A stretch of DNA of 64,000 nt from Gammaproteobacteria bacterium. GTDB lineage: Bacteria; Pseudomonadota; Gammaproteobacteria; Eutrophobiales; Eutrophobiaceae. The stretch is from assembly GCA_963422205.2 (NCBI GenBank), contig CAXMWX010000009.1, forward strand, positions 128,001-192,000. The letters run 5' to 3'. Each line of letters opens with the position of its first letter. The first letter of the stretch is position 1. The position numbers and the translations under genes were made by a program. Positions 1 through 11,095 of this stretch are shown here, in pieces. The notes beneath the pieces are model-generated. The model saw nothing but the letters and a program-made list of their open reading frames with translations. It was not told the origin of the DNA and did no database searches.

Positions 1-472
1 CCGGTTGCAGCAGTTGCGGATACAGCCGGTCCTTGATCAGGTGAATCTCATCATCAACCCGGACATAGCGGTGGTTGTTCAGCGGATCAGTGCCGCCGAA
101 ATAAAAGCTCTGGTCATCAAGCTGCAAACGGATTTTGGGGGCTGATAAACCCAGCGGCTCAAGATCGGCAATGTCGCCATAATCAAACCGGGCATAACTG
201 CGGCTTTGCAATAGCGTCAGCATGGAGGCTATGCGCCCCGGGTTGGCATAAGCCTTCAGCGGCCCGGTGAGTTGCCAATGCCGAAAGCGCTGGAAAGCGA
301 CAGCCTCAGCCCCTGCCCGGTTGATGATGATATGCCTGATGGCATCGCCTGTTATGCCGGTCAACAGCACATGTTGTGGCTCGCTTTGTTGCGGGCGAGA
401 TGCTACCCAGAAGCACAGCGGCACGGCGATGGCGAGCAGGACAAAATTAAAGAACGTGCGCGACTGTATCAC
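1..472 (-). CDS. DUF4340-family protein (3' end outside window; two apparent frameshifts)
   Basis: GTG at 472 directly after the GldG-like stop. Manual translation gives a hydrophobic N-terminus, then ...IRHIIINR / AFQRFRHWQLTGPLKAYANPGRIASML...LGLSAPKIRLQLDDQSFYFGGTDPLNNHRYVRVDDEIHLI. It occupies the same operon position as the DUF4340 gene at 15661-16722. Confidence 0.65.
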   Translation of the reverse strand, partial: MIQSRTFFNFVLLAIAVPLCFWVASRPQQSEPQHVLLTGITGDAIRHIIINRAGAEAVAFQRFRHWQLTGPLKAYANPGRIASMLTLLQSRSYARFDYGDIADLEPLGLSAPKIRLQLDDQSFYFGGTDPLNNHRYVRVDDEIHLIKDRLYPQLLQP

Positions 473-1825
473 TTATAGCCGTTTTCTTCGCCACCAGATA
501 CCGAAGCCGGCGATGCAGCAGGCACCGGGCAGCAGGAGAAGGTAACACAGGCCGATCAGGCCGAGTGTTGCATTGTCGAGATTTAGCTCGGCATCGGGCT
601 TGTTGCTGCCGCTGATCGCCACCAGTTCATCATCGCCGGCCAGCCAGGTCAGCAGCCGCAGGCCCAGCTGTGCATTGCCGCCACTGCTGCTGTAGCCATT
701 AGCCAGAAAATCCCCATCACCAATGATGACCACCCGCTGCTGCTGGCGTTTGTCTTTTGGGTGTGTGCGTTCAAGGGCAAGGCCAAGGGCTAACGGGCCC
801 TTGATGTCGCGGCCTTGATCAAATTCTACCTCGCCTTCAAGCGAGCCGGTTTCAAGCCATGACAGCTCGCCGGTTTGCAGCAGGGGTTGTACCGTCCAGT
901 CCTTGTTTGGCTGTGCCTGGTATGCCGCGGCTTTGGGAAAGTAAGTGGACAGGGCAAAGCCGGCTGTTGCCGGGTGTGGCGGATAATTGCGGCGGCTGAT
1001 AACGGCAACGGTCGGGCGGCTGATGCCGAGCAAATGCGTGGAGGCATCAATGATCACGCCATCGAGTTTGCTGACAGAGAAATAGTGCAGCAGTGTATCA
1101 AGGTCTGCCGCCTCGCCCGGCTCAGATAGCCACAGCAGGTTGCCGCCGTCTTTCAGGTAGTCAAGGATCAGCGCTATCTCCGCCGCTGCCAGACTCACAC
1201 GCGGACTGGCAATGACCAGCACCGCCGCATTGTCCGGCACCGTGTTGATCTCCAGCAGATTAAAAGGCTGGGTACGGATACCCTGCCCGGCCAGCTCCTC
1301 TGCCCATGTTTTGTAGTCGTAATTTCTCTCGCCCAAGGGGCTGCGCTCGCCGTGGCCTTCAAGAAAATAGACCCAGCGATGCTCGCCCTTCAGCAGTCTT
1401 TTCAGCGCATTGGTAAACGCCTCCTCATCGTCAGTATAGACATGCTCAAGGCGACTCTGGTATTCCAGCACCAGTTCGCCATTGATACGTATGCCGAGAT
1501 GGCGCGCCTCTTCTACCCTGATCAGCGGGTTTATGAACTCAAGCTGAATATCCGCCTTGTGTCTTCGGTAACGGTCGATAAATCGCGCTATCAGTTCGCG
1601 CAACTCCGGATTGTCGCTGGCATAGGCGTGCACCTTGAGCGGGCGGGGCATGGCGGCCAGCACTGCAATACTGGCCTGCGACAGGCTGTTCCTGCCGTGA
1701 CTGCTCCAGTCGGCCTCATAGCCGATGTGCGTGCTGGCGAAGGCGAGCAGGCCGGTCACCAGCAACAGCAACAGCAGGGTGGCCATGTTGTTCAGCCGGT
1801 TTTGTGCGGGTTGTTTGAGTTGCAT
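473..1825 (-). CDS. GldG-like ABC transporter auxiliary component
   Basis: N- and C-terminal TM helices; motifs VYFLEGHGE and RVVIIGDGDF; lies in an operon with an ABC permease and ATPase. Confidence 0.85.
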   Translation of the reverse strand: MQLKQPAQNRLNNMATLLLLLLVTGLLAFASTHIGYEADWSSHGRNSLSQASIAVLAAMPRPLKVHAYASDNPELRELIARFIDRYRRHKADIQLEFINPLIRVEEARHLGIRINGELVLEYQSRLEHVYTDDEEAFTNALKRLLKGEHRWVYFLEGHGERSPLGERNYDYKTWAEELAGQGIRTQPFNLLEINTVPDNAAVLVIASPRVSLAAAEIALILDYLKDGGNLLWLSEPGEAADLDTLLHYFSVSKLDGVIIDASTHLLGISRPTVAVISRRNYPPHPATAGFALSTYFPKAAAYQAQPNKDWTVQPLLQTGELSWLETGSLEGEVEFDQGRDIKGPLALGLALERTHPKDKRQQQRVVIIGDGDFLANGYSSSGGNAQLGLRLLTWLAGDDELVAISGSNKPDAELNLDNATLGLIGLCYLLLLPGACCIAGFGIWWRRKRL

Positions 1826-1834
1826 GGCAGATCA

Positions 1835-2584
1835 CTATTCATACACCAGCCGGGCGTCCAGCCGCCAGATGGTGAGCAGAATAAACAACAGGGTGAACAG
1901 GATAAAATACGCCAGATCAGTCGCCGTCACCAGGCCGCGCAGGAACTGGTTGAAATGTTTTAGCAGGGATAAATAATTGACAATGTCCGCCACACGGGCA
2001 GCAGCACCCGCCGCCGCGATATGTATAATCCATAACATAAAGCTGATAATAAATGCCGTGATAGCAGCAACCGCCGGCTGTCTCGTCAGGCTGGAGCTGA
2101 ACATGCCAATGGCAACCAGCAGCATGCTGAGCAGCAGCAGACCCACCAGCGCTGACAGGAACAGCCCGCCGTCAAGTTGCGTGCCAAGATTTAAGGATAA
2201 CAACATGCTGGTGCAGATCAGAATGGGTAAACCCATAAAAACCACGGTGGCTAAGTATTTGCCCAGCACGATCTGCCTGATAGCGATGGGCGATGATGAT
2301 AATAAATCCATGGTGCCAGTGCGTAACTCCTCGCTGAACAGGCGCATACAAATCATCGGACTGAGCAGCAGCAGCAACATGCCACAGGTCTGAAACACGC
2401 CAACGATCACGGTTTCTGTCAGCCCGTACTGCGCCCGGGTGGCCGCTGGCTGCATGAATTGATACAGTAGGGTAAAGAAAAATATGCCCAGCAGGAGTTG
2501 CAAAAAGGCCAGGCATAACCAGGCCAGGGGCGATTTGAACAATCTGAGCAATTCGACTCTGGCGATGGTGAAACTGTTGCTCAT
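1835..2584 (-). CDS. ABC-2 type permease (GldF-like)
   Basis: About six TM segments; MRLFSEELRTGTMDLL...IVLGKYLA motif. Confidence 0.85.
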   Translation of the reverse strand: MSNSFTIARVELLRLFKSPLAWLCLAFLQLLLGIFFFTLLYQFMQPAATRAQYGLTETVIVGVFQTCGMLLLLLSPMICMRLFSEELRTGTMDLLSSSPIAIRQIVLGKYLATVVFMGLPILICTSMLLSLNLGTQLDGGLFLSALVGLLLLSMLLVAIGMFSSSLTRQPAVAAITAFIISFMLWIIHIAAAGAAARVADIVNYLSLLKHFNQFLRGLVTATDLAYFILFTLLFILLTIWRLDARLVYE

Positions 2585-3519
2585 GCTGATCCGTTGTCCT
2601 GGTTTTGTGTCAACTCCATGAAAACAGTCTCCAGAGAGCGATGCTCTGGCGATAATTCACGCAGCCCCCAGCCCTTATTAACGGCCTGCTCGGCCAGCCG
2701 AGTGGCGGTATCCTGCCGGCTGTGCCGTATGCGAAAGCGCCGCTGATCCAGCTCCTCCACCTGTTCCACCCCATCCACTGCCTGCAAGGCCTCCGGCGAT
2801 GGCGGGCGGTCAAAAGCCACAATCAGCGCCCGGCTGCCATCTGCCGCATTCACATCCTGCATTGCCTTATCAAGCACCAGCCGGCCGCGATGGATGATCA
2901 GCAGACGGCTACAGGATGATTGTATTTCCTGCAGAATATGGCTGGAGAGGATGACGCTGTGCTGTTCGCCCAATTCAGCAATGAGCTGGCGGATCTCAAG
3001 GATCTGGTTGGGGTCAAGGCCAGCCGTTGGCTCATCAAGAATCACCACGGCCGGGGAGTGAATGATCGCCTGGGCGATAGCCACCCGTTGCCGGAACCCC
3101 TTGGACAAATTGGCGATCAATCGCCCTCCGCAATCTTCTAGGCCGCAACGAATCTTGCAGTTGAGCTGCGCGCTTTGCAGGCGGTCTGCCCTTAGCTGCC
3201 GCAGCCTGCCAGCGAATGACAGGTATTCATCCACGGTCAGGTCGGGGTACAGCGGCGCTGTTTCCGGCAGGTAGCCGATGTGTGTCTTGGCCTGGCGCGC
3301 GGCAGTCGACATGGCATGACCGGCAATCGTGATCTCCCCGCTGTTGGCAAAGAGCACGCCGCCCAGCATCCTCATCGTGGTGGATTTGCCCGCCCCGTTG
3401 GGGCCGAGCAGCCCTAAAACCTCGCCACGGCCAAGGGTAAAGCTGATGTCACTGACTGCACACACGCCGCCGTAATAACGGCTGACATGGGCGACATTGA
3501 CAAGCGGGTCATCGTGCAT
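2581..3519 (-). CDS. ABC transporter ATP-binding protein (GldA-like)
   Basis: Walker A GPNGAGKST, signature LSKGFRQR, Walker B ILDEPT. Confidence 0.93.
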   Translation of the reverse strand: MHDDPLVNVAHVSRYYGGVCAVSDISFTLGRGEVLGLLGPNGAGKSTTMRMLGGVLFANSGEITIAGHAMSTAARQAKTHIGYLPETAPLYPDLTVDEYLSFAGRLRQLRADRLQSAQLNCKIRCGLEDCGGRLIANLSKGFRQRVAIAQAIIHSPAVVILDEPTAGLDPNQILEIRQLIAELGEQHSVILSSHILQEIQSSCSRLLIIHRGRLVLDKAMQDVNAADGSRALIVAFDRPPSPEALQAVDGVEQVEELDQRRFRIRHSRQDTATRLAEQAVNKGWGLRELSPEHRSLETVFMELTQNQDNGSA

Positions 3520-3671
3520 AAATCAATCCAGTGGTGCTGGCGTGTTGCAGATTGCGCCTGTTAAAGCACCCGCCCGGCCAAGGCATTCTTTGAAAAGAAC
3601 GTCCGGTTGATTCCATTTCCATGATGATAATACTGTCCGGGCGAGAATGAAATGATTTTGAGGATGCGAAT

Positions 3672-4265
3672 ATGCCTACTGCCGATAAATTTATTACAGC
3701 GTTTAAGCAGGTTCTGCAAGATCGCTACGATGCTGATGCCGAAAAGTTGCTGGCAGCTTATGTACAGAATCGGGCCTGGACAGCCTACATGCTCAGTAAT
3801 AATAGTGATGATAATGGTGTACTGAAAGACACAGCAGAAAAACTCCGCCAGTTCGATGAGTCGCTACGTTATGGCGTTGAGTGGTATACGATAGATGCTG
3901 TGTTTTATGGTGGCGAGAATCTACTGGAGGCGGGAGAGTATCCGTCCAGGCTTTATGCCATCATAGAGCATGAGAACAGCGATGATGTTGGCCATGAAAT
4001 GTGGAAGTTACTGCATTGGCGTTGCCCGTTAAAAATACTGATCTTCTATGACTGGAATGAAGAGGATAAGAGAACGGAAAATCGGCGTCGCTTTATGCAA
4101 AACACCCTCTGTTCGCTGAAAAAAATGCACAGCGCTGTTTCACAGTTTCAAGCCAAGGAGAATGCCGAGTATTTGCTTATTACCGCAAACAGAAAAATGA
4201 TGATGCCCTGCCTGAGTGGCGTTACACCCTGGACCTTGGTCAGACCATCACCCCAATCCCTTTAA
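3672..4265 (+). CDS. Hypothetical protein, PD-(D/E)XK nuclease-like
   Basis: E-WYTIDAVFY...AIIEHEN...EMWKLL pattern resembles a PD-(D/E)XK-type active site. A probable 1-nt indel in the A run near 4194 is suggested by an alternative C-terminus, KNDDALPEWRY. Confidence 0.5.
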   Translation: MPTADKFITAFKQVLQDRYDADAEKLLAAYVQNRAWTAYMLSNNSDDNGVLKDTAEKLRQFDESLRYGVEWYTIDAVFYGGENLLEAGEYPSRLYAIIEHENSDDVGHEMWKLLHWRCPLKILIFYDWNEEDKRTENRRRFMQNTLCSLKKMHSAVSQFQAKENAEYLLITANRKMMMPCLSGVTPWTLVRPSPQSL

Positions 4266-4445
4266 GGATTCCATAGAAACTGCCACAACAGGGTGGATAA
4301 TAACTCCGTGCAAAAATCAAGGCAGGGCAGGTTTCGCAATACCAGAAACAATTTTTCAATTCTCGCTTTTGACCTATCATAGCGTAACCGGATATGCCCT
4401 TGTCCATTTATTTCGAAGCCATGCAAAGCTAAAGGGATTTGAGTT

Positions 4446-4856
4446 ATGTCCGTTACTGATTTATTTAACAGACTGAATGCACCGCTGGCTAATCAAAGAT
4501 GGTCTTGGGGCAGCGTCCGAGAATCAGATGGCGCTGTCATTTTAAGGGTTTGGCAAGATCGTGGAATCACGCGTGATAATCGCCATTTTGTGATGATCAC
4601 TCATCATGAAAAATATGAGGGCAAGGAAGATCACCTTGGCTACAAAGAGCGTAATGAGCACGCCGAACTTATTAGAAACGGCAGTAAGTGTTTGATGGTA
4701 ATGTGCCTTGCTAAAGATGCAGAAGCATCACCAAGGACAATCAAAAGTTTCAATTCCAAGGACATTTTTGTTGGTGGTGAAGTATTAGAACACAATGGCA
4801 ATACCTGGGTAGAGTTGTTACCTGATAGAATTCCAGTTAAAAAGGCAGTCGCATAA
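4446..4856 (+). CDS. Hypothetical protein (136 aa)
   Basis: Clean AT-rich ORF with a Trp-rich N-terminus, NQRWSWGSVRESDGAVILRVWQD. Confidence 0.7.
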   Translation: MSVTDLFNRLNAPLANQRWSWGSVRESDGAVILRVWQDRGITRDNRHFVMITHHEKYEGKEDHLGYKERNEHAELIRNGSKCLMVMCLAKDAEASPRTIKSFNSKDIFVGGEVLEHNGNTWVELLPDRIPVKKAVA

Positions 4857-4889
4857 AAAACTGTTCAAGTTGCGCTCCACAAGGTATTC

Positions 4890-5110
4890 GCTTCAACTGA
4901 AAAAGCGCTCGCTGGTATAGGAAAACCCGTCAAGGCTTCTCTGGCTGACATGAGCAAAAATAATGAGAATACGTCAGAACCCCCTGCGCTTAAAAATTAC
5001 CGTGGCAAATTCATGGTGCGTATCCCGTCAAAAACTCATCGTATGCTTGCCATTCAAGCAGCGAATCCGGGATTAGTCTAAACAGGTCAGTGTCCAGAGA
5101 ACTGAATTAG
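4890..5110 (+). pseudogene. hicB: HicB-family antitoxin remnant
   Basis: Translation EKALAGIGKPVKASLADM...EPPALKNYRGKFMVRIPSKTHRMLAIQAA/(fs)SGISLNR matches the HicB C-terminal RHH region. The N-terminus is missing, there is one frameshift, and no hicA is present. Confidence 0.75.
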
Positions 5111-5160
5111 CCCACGCAGGCAGCAATAACCACTCTGGCCGGTCAAACCGGGCGGCCTAC

Positions 5161-5186
5161 GCCCCTGTCTGTACACAGACAGGGGC
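5161..5186. repeat. Perfect 12-bp inverted repeat (hairpin)
   Basis: GCCCCTGTCTGT-AC-ACAGACAGGGGC; no U tail. Confidence 0.6.
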
Positions 5187-5334
5187 ATAAAGAGCTGCGA
5201 TTACAACCCCGTGCAGCACATGATTAACTATAACAAAAAGGGCAATAGGTGGTGGACTCATACAAACAGTAGACCCTCGCCGCAATCCCGGTTAGCATGT
5301 CGGCAGACTAAATCAACCTGCAAGTGGTGCCTGT

Positions 5335-6513
5335 ATGTTTCATGACCTGCCCGTTTGGGCGTATCTGCTGCTCACGCTTTTTCTGACCCATCTCACCATC
5401 ATCTCGGTCACGGTGTTTTTGCATCGTCACCAGGCCCATCGGGCGCTGGATTTACACCCGTTGATGAGCCATATATTTCGTTTCTGGTTATGGCTGAGCA
5501 CGGGTATGGTGACGAGAGAATGGGTTGCCGTACACAGAAAACACCATGCCAAAGTGGAGACCGAGGCAGACCCGCACAGCCCGACACAACACGGCATCAT
5601 CAAGGTGTTGACCGAAGGGACCGAGCTGTATCGCCAGGAGGCCGCCCAACCGGCAACGCTGGAGAAATACGGCCACCAAACCCCGGATGACTGGCTGGAG
5701 CGGCACATTTATATCCCGTACAGCAGCTTAGGCATTGGCCTGATGTTGCTGCTCAATGTGGTTTTGTTTGGCGCCCCGGGCCTTACGATATGGGCGGTAC
5801 AGATGCTCTGGATTCCCTTGTTTGCCGCTGGCGTAATCAACGGCCTGGGTCACTGGTGCGGCTACCGCAATTTTGAATCGGCCGATGCCTCAACCAACAT
5901 CCTGCCTCTCGGCGTGTTCATCGGCGGCGAAGAGTTGCATAATAACCATCATGCCTTTGCTGGTGCTGCCCGGTTCTCCAACAAATGGTATGAATTTGAC
6001 CTCGGCTGGTTTTACATCCGTCTGCTGTCTGGCCTTCGCCTGGCGCATGTCAGGCGGCTGGCGCCCGTGCCGCATTTTGACCATGACAAACAGACCATTG
6101 ATCTGGATACGGTGCAGGCGATCATCAGTAATCGCCTGCATATCATGGCGGTTTATGCCCGGACGGTGGTAGGGCAAGTCTATAAGGAGGAGGCCTCTGC
6201 TGCCAGTCGGCGGGCGAGGAGATTACTCCGTCGGGGGCGGCGTTATTTGACCCGGCATGAGTTTTTGCTTGACGCAAACGCCCTGCATAATCTCGAACAG
6301 GTGTTTGCCAACAGTGACAGGCTGAGGCAGGTATATGAATTGAAACAACAACTGCAACAGTTATGGCTGCAAAAAAGCGCCACCCGGGAAAGCCTGCTGG
6401 GGGATTTGCAGTCCTGGTGTCGGCAGGCCGAGGCAACAGGCATCTGTGCGCTGCAGGAATTTGCCGCCGCTCTTCGTGCCTATACCCGCCCGCCGACACG
6501 GCAACCCGCATAA
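5335..6513 (+). CDS. desA: Delta-9 acyl-lipid/acyl-CoA desaturase
   Basis: His boxes HRHQAH, HRKHH and HNNHH; C-terminal helical extension as in Pseudomonas DesA. Confidence 0.88.
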   Translation: MFHDLPVWAYLLLTLFLTHLTIISVTVFLHRHQAHRALDLHPLMSHIFRFWLWLSTGMVTREWVAVHRKHHAKVETEADPHSPTQHGIIKVLTEGTELYRQEAAQPATLEKYGHQTPDDWLERHIYIPYSSLGIGLMLLLNVVLFGAPGLTIWAVQMLWIPLFAAGVINGLGHWCGYRNFESADASTNILPLGVFIGGEELHNNHHAFAGAARFSNKWYEFDLGWFYIRLLSGLRLAHVRRLAPVPHFDHDKQTIDLDTVQAIISNRLHIMAVYARTVVGQVYKEEASAASRRARRLLRRGRRYLTRHEFLLDANALHNLEQVFANSDRLRQVYELKQQLQQLWLQKSATRESLLGDLQSWCRQAEATGICALQEFAAALRAYTRPPTRQPA

Positions 6514-6661
6514 GCCAGGGGCAGCGACCAGGCCGCCGGTACGGCATTTGTGCCGGCTTCCCGCCCCATGTCTTTACCTGCTGGTTTATATGCCGAATGA
6601 CAACATCAGGGCGTGCGCCAATATTTCCATGCCTCAGCATAGCGCATAACATGCCGCCGGT

Positions 6662-7732
6662 ATGCACATGATGCCGCCAGCCAACGACAACGTGCTTAAC
6701 AATATCCACACCGCCGTGCTGGTGTTCAACCGGGAGCTTGGCCTGTTAGACATCAACACCGCTGGCGAGAACCTGCTTTCCCTCAGCCAGCGCCAGGCCT
6801 GTGGTCACAATGCCTATGCGCTGCTGCCGCACGCCACAGTGCTGGTTGACAATATCCAGCGTGCCATCACCACTGGCCAGCCGTACATGGAGTGGAGCCT
6901 GGAGTTGAGCCTGGCGGCCAACCGGTTGCTGACCGTGGATTGTATGGTGACGCCCGTGCTGGAGGATCAACAGTGCAATCAGGTCATCCTGGAGATCATT
7001 GATGCAGATTCTCACTCCAGGGTGATGCGGGAGGCACGGCTGACGGCGGTACATGAGGCCGCCCGCAAGTCTGTCAGCGGCATGGCACATGAAATCAAGA
7101 ATCCGCTGGGGGCGTTACGGGGTGCTGCCCAGCTATTGCAAAGCGAGTTGACGGATGCGGCATTGAGGGAATACACCCGCATCATCATCAGCGAAGCCGA
7201 TCGTCTGCAGAGCCTGGTGGATCGGATGCTGGCGCCCTCGGTCAAGCGCCGGATTGCGCCCGTGAACATCCACGAAGTGCTGGAATATGTTTGTCATCTG
7301 ATCAGCACGGAAGGTGAGCCGGGGCTGAAGATTGTGCGTGACTATGATCCGAGCCTGCCGCTGTTGGACGCTGACCGGGGACACTTGATTCAGGTGATAA
7401 TGAACATCATGCAGAACGCCCGGCAGGCGGTTGACCGGCGGGGCCGCATTCTGATCAAAACGCGCATCAGGCGATGTTGCACAATAAGACAGAAAACCTG
7501 GAAGCTGGTCGTGGTGATAGAGCTTGTGGATGACGGCCCGGGCGTGCCGGAGGAGATCAGCGAGCAGATATTCTACCCCATGGTAACCGGCCGGGCCGAG
7601 GGCACCGGGCTGGGTTTATCGATTGCACAATCGCTGGTGCATTCGCATGGCGGGGCGATTGAATATGAGCGGCTGGACGGGCAAAGCTGCTTTCGGGTGT
7701 CGTTGCCGGTGGGCTGTGTGCATGAGAACTGA
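6662..7732 (+). CDS. glnL: Nitrogen regulation sensor kinase NtrB
   Basis: PAS domain, MAHEIKNPLGALRGAAQLL, RDYDPSLP, GTGLGL. Confidence 0.95.
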   Translation: MHMMPPANDNVLNNIHTAVLVFNRELGLLDINTAGENLLSLSQRQACGHNAYALLPHATVLVDNIQRAITTGQPYMEWSLELSLAANRLLTVDCMVTPVLEDQQCNQVILEIIDADSHSRVMREARLTAVHEAARKSVSGMAHEIKNPLGALRGAAQLLQSELTDAALREYTRIIISEADRLQSLVDRMLAPSVKRRIAPVNIHEVLEYVCHLISTEGEPGLKIVRDYDPSLPLLDADRGHLIQVIMNIMQNARQAVDRRGRILIKTRIRRCCTIRQKTWKLVVVIELVDDGPGVPEEISEQIFYPMVTGRAEGTGLGLSIAQSLVHSHGGAIEYERLDGQSCFRVSLPVGCVHEN

Positions 7733-9137
7733 GCAAACCATCTGGGTCGTTGATGACGATAAATCGATCCGCTGGGTGCTGGAGAAGGCGCTGGCGAGGC
7801 AGCAGTTGGCGAGCCGCTGCTTTGCGAACGCCTCAAGCCTGCTAACCCGGCTGAAGGCCGAGCGTCCGGCGGCGATCATCTCCGATATCCGTATGCCCGG
7901 TATGGATGGCCTTGGCCTGTTGCGGCAGATAAAAACAGACTATCCGAATATCCCGGTGATTATCATGACGGCCTATGCTGATCTGGAGCGGGCGGTATCT
8001 GCATTTCAAGGCGGTGCTTATGAGTATGTGCCCAAGCCATTTGATGTGGATGAGCTGATGGCGCTGGTAGCAAAGACCTTGCAACAACGGCTGCCAAAAG
8101 ACAAGGCGGCCACGGCCAGGGAAGATCGGGCGGCTGATATTATCGGCTCGGCCCCGTCCATGCAGCAGGTCTTTCGCGCCATAGCCAGATTGTCCAGTTC
8201 CAACCTGACGGTGTTGATCACCGGCGAATCCGGCACCGGCAAGGAGTTGGTGGCCGCCGCCCTGCACAAACACAGCGCCCGCCGCCCCGCCCCGTTCATC
8301 GCCTTGAACACGGCGGCCATACCGAGAGACCTGCTGGAGTCAGAGTTGTTCGGGCATGAAAAAGGCGCCTTTACCAGCGCAGACAGTCAACGTCCCGGCC
8401 GCTTTGAGCAGGCCGATGGCGGCACCCTGTTCTTAGATGAGATAGGCGACATGCCGGCGGACTTGCAAACGCGGTTTTTACGGGTGCTGGCCGATGGCGA
8501 ATTTTACCGCATCGGCGGACGTACACCGATTAAGGCGAATGTGCGGGTAGTTGCGGCAACGCACCAGAATCTGGAACAGCGCGTTAAGGACGGCCTGTTT
8601 CGAGAAGACCTGTTTCATCGTCTGAATGTTATTCGTGTGCACCTGCCGGCCCTGCGAGAGCGGCGTGAGGACATTCCGGCGCTGGTGACGCACTTCCTGC
8701 AACGTGCTGTTGAGGAGTTGGGAGGCGAAGCCAAGATCATGCTGAAGCCGACAATGGCACACCTGATGACGCTGGGCTGGCCGGGCAATGTGCGGCAGTT
8801 GGAAAACTTCTGCCGCTGGGTCACGGTGATGGCACCGGGCAATGAGATACACCTCGGCGATTTGCCGCCGGAGTTGGAAAAACCAGCGGCTGCCGACCGG
8901 GAATCGCCACTCCCGGAGGGTGCCGATTGGGAGTCGCCACTCCGGCGATATGTGAGCACCAGCCTGATAAACGGCGAGCAGGCTATTCTGCGTGATGTTA
9001 TACCGCGGGTTGAGCAGATCATGATCGAACAGGCAATGCAGCAGTCCGGCGGGCACAAGCAGGAGGCGGCAAAACTGCTTGGCTGGGGACGCAATACGCT
9101 GGCCCGCAAGCTGCGGATGCTGGGCACGAAGCGGTAG
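7722..9137 (+). CDS. glnG: Nitrogen regulation response regulator NtrC
   Basis: Receiver domain ([17 protein letters not shown]), AAA+ domain with GESGTGKE and [18 protein letters not shown]. The start was moved to the ATG at 7722. Confidence 0.95.
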   Translation: MRTEQTIWVVDDDKSIRWVLEKALARQQLASRCFANASSLLTRLKAERPAAIISDIRMPGMDGLGLLRQIKTDYPNIPVIIMTAYADLERAVSAFQGGAYEYVPKPFDVDELMALVAKTLQQRLPKDKAATAREDRAADIIGSAPSMQQVFRAIARLSSSNLTVLITGESGTGKELVAAALHKHSARRPAPFIALNTAAIPRDLLESELFGHEKGAFTSADSQRPGRFEQADGGTLFLDEIGDMPADLQTRFLRVLADGEFYRIGGRTPIKANVRVVAATHQNLEQRVKDGLFREDLFHRLNVIRVHLPALRERREDIPALVTHFLQRAVEELGGEAKIMLKPTMAHLMTLGWPGNVRQLENFCRWVTVMAPGNEIHLGDLPPELEKPAAADRESPLPEGADWESPLRRYVSTSLINGEQAILRDVIPRVEQIMIEQAMQQSGGHKQEAAKLLGWGRNTLARKLRMLGTKR

Positions 9138-9189
9138 ATGGCGGCTTAAAATTTACCCCCGGAGAGACGTCTGGCCGGCTAAGGATGCG

Positions 9190-10224
<1,035 letters not shown>

Positions 10225-10247
10225 TCAATTTGTAGTCTAATATTCCC

Positions 10248-11072
10248 ATGAATTGGCTGATCGACCAAGAGGCAATCATTCGCCTGGGCTGTTTTACTGC
10301 CGTATTGTTCGGCATGTTTGCCTGGGAGGCCGTGCTGCCGCGGCGAGAATTAACGCCCGGCCATAAAAAAAGGCAGGTGACGAATTTATTGCTGGTCTTT
10401 ATCAACACCTCTCTGGTGCGCCTGTTGCCCGGGTTTGCTGCCGTGGCTGTGGCATTGCAGGCAGAACAACAGGCCACAGGCGTGTTATACCTGCTGCATC
10501 TGCCTTTCTGGCTGGAGGCCATCGTGGCTTTTGTGCTGCTTGATCTGGCTATTTACGGTCAACATGTCGCCTTCCACAAGGCGCCCTGGCTGTGGCGTTT
10601 GCACCGGGTACACCATACCGACCACGCCTTTGATGTCACCACGGGGGTGCGCTTTCACCCGCTGGAGATCCTGCTGTCGATGCTGATTAAAATGGCGGTG
10701 GTGATTTTGCTCGGCGCCCCGCCAGGCGTGGTGATTGCCTTTGAGATCATCTTAAATGCAACTTCCCTGTTCAACCACGGCAATGTACGCATCAGTCTGC
10801 CGCTTGAGCGGATTATCCGCACCCTCATTGTAACGCCAGACATGCACCGGGTGCATCATTCGGTCAATCGTCCTGAGACTGACAGCAATTTCGGGTTTAA
10901 TTTTTCCTGTTGGGACCGGTTGTTTGGCACCTATCGGGCCGAGCCTCTGGGCGGTCATGAGGCGATGCAGATAGGGCTACAGGAGTTCAGGGGGACGGAT
11001 ACGGCCAATATTTTCAGCCTGTTGCGGCAGCCTTTCAAGGCGATAAACACTATCAGCGTCAAGCCAGAGTAG
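10248..11072 (+). CDS. Sterol desaturase / fatty acid hydroxylase family protein
   Basis: HVAFH, HRVHH, FNHGN and HRVHH motifs; TM segments. Confidence 0.88.
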   Translation: MNWLIDQEAIIRLGCFTAVLFGMFAWEAVLPRRELTPGHKKRQVTNLLLVFINTSLVRLLPGFAAVAVALQAEQQATGVLYLLHLPFWLEAIVAFVLLDLAIYGQHVAFHKAPWLWRLHRVHHTDHAFDVTTGVRFHPLEILLSMLIKMAVVILLGAPPGVVIAFEIILNATSLFNHGNVRISLPLERIIRTLIVTPDMHRVHHSVNRPETDSNFGFNFSCWDRLFGTYRAEPLGGHEAMQIGLQEFRGTDTANIFSLLRQPFKAINTISVKPE

Positions 11073-11095
11073 ACATAGACCATCGCCTGCACGCA

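Noticed and set aside
6100-6513. desA C-terminal region is often auto-annotated as an ISL3 transposase domain
   Set aside because: It is the normal helical tail of DesA-type desaturases; there are no inverted repeats or DDE motif.
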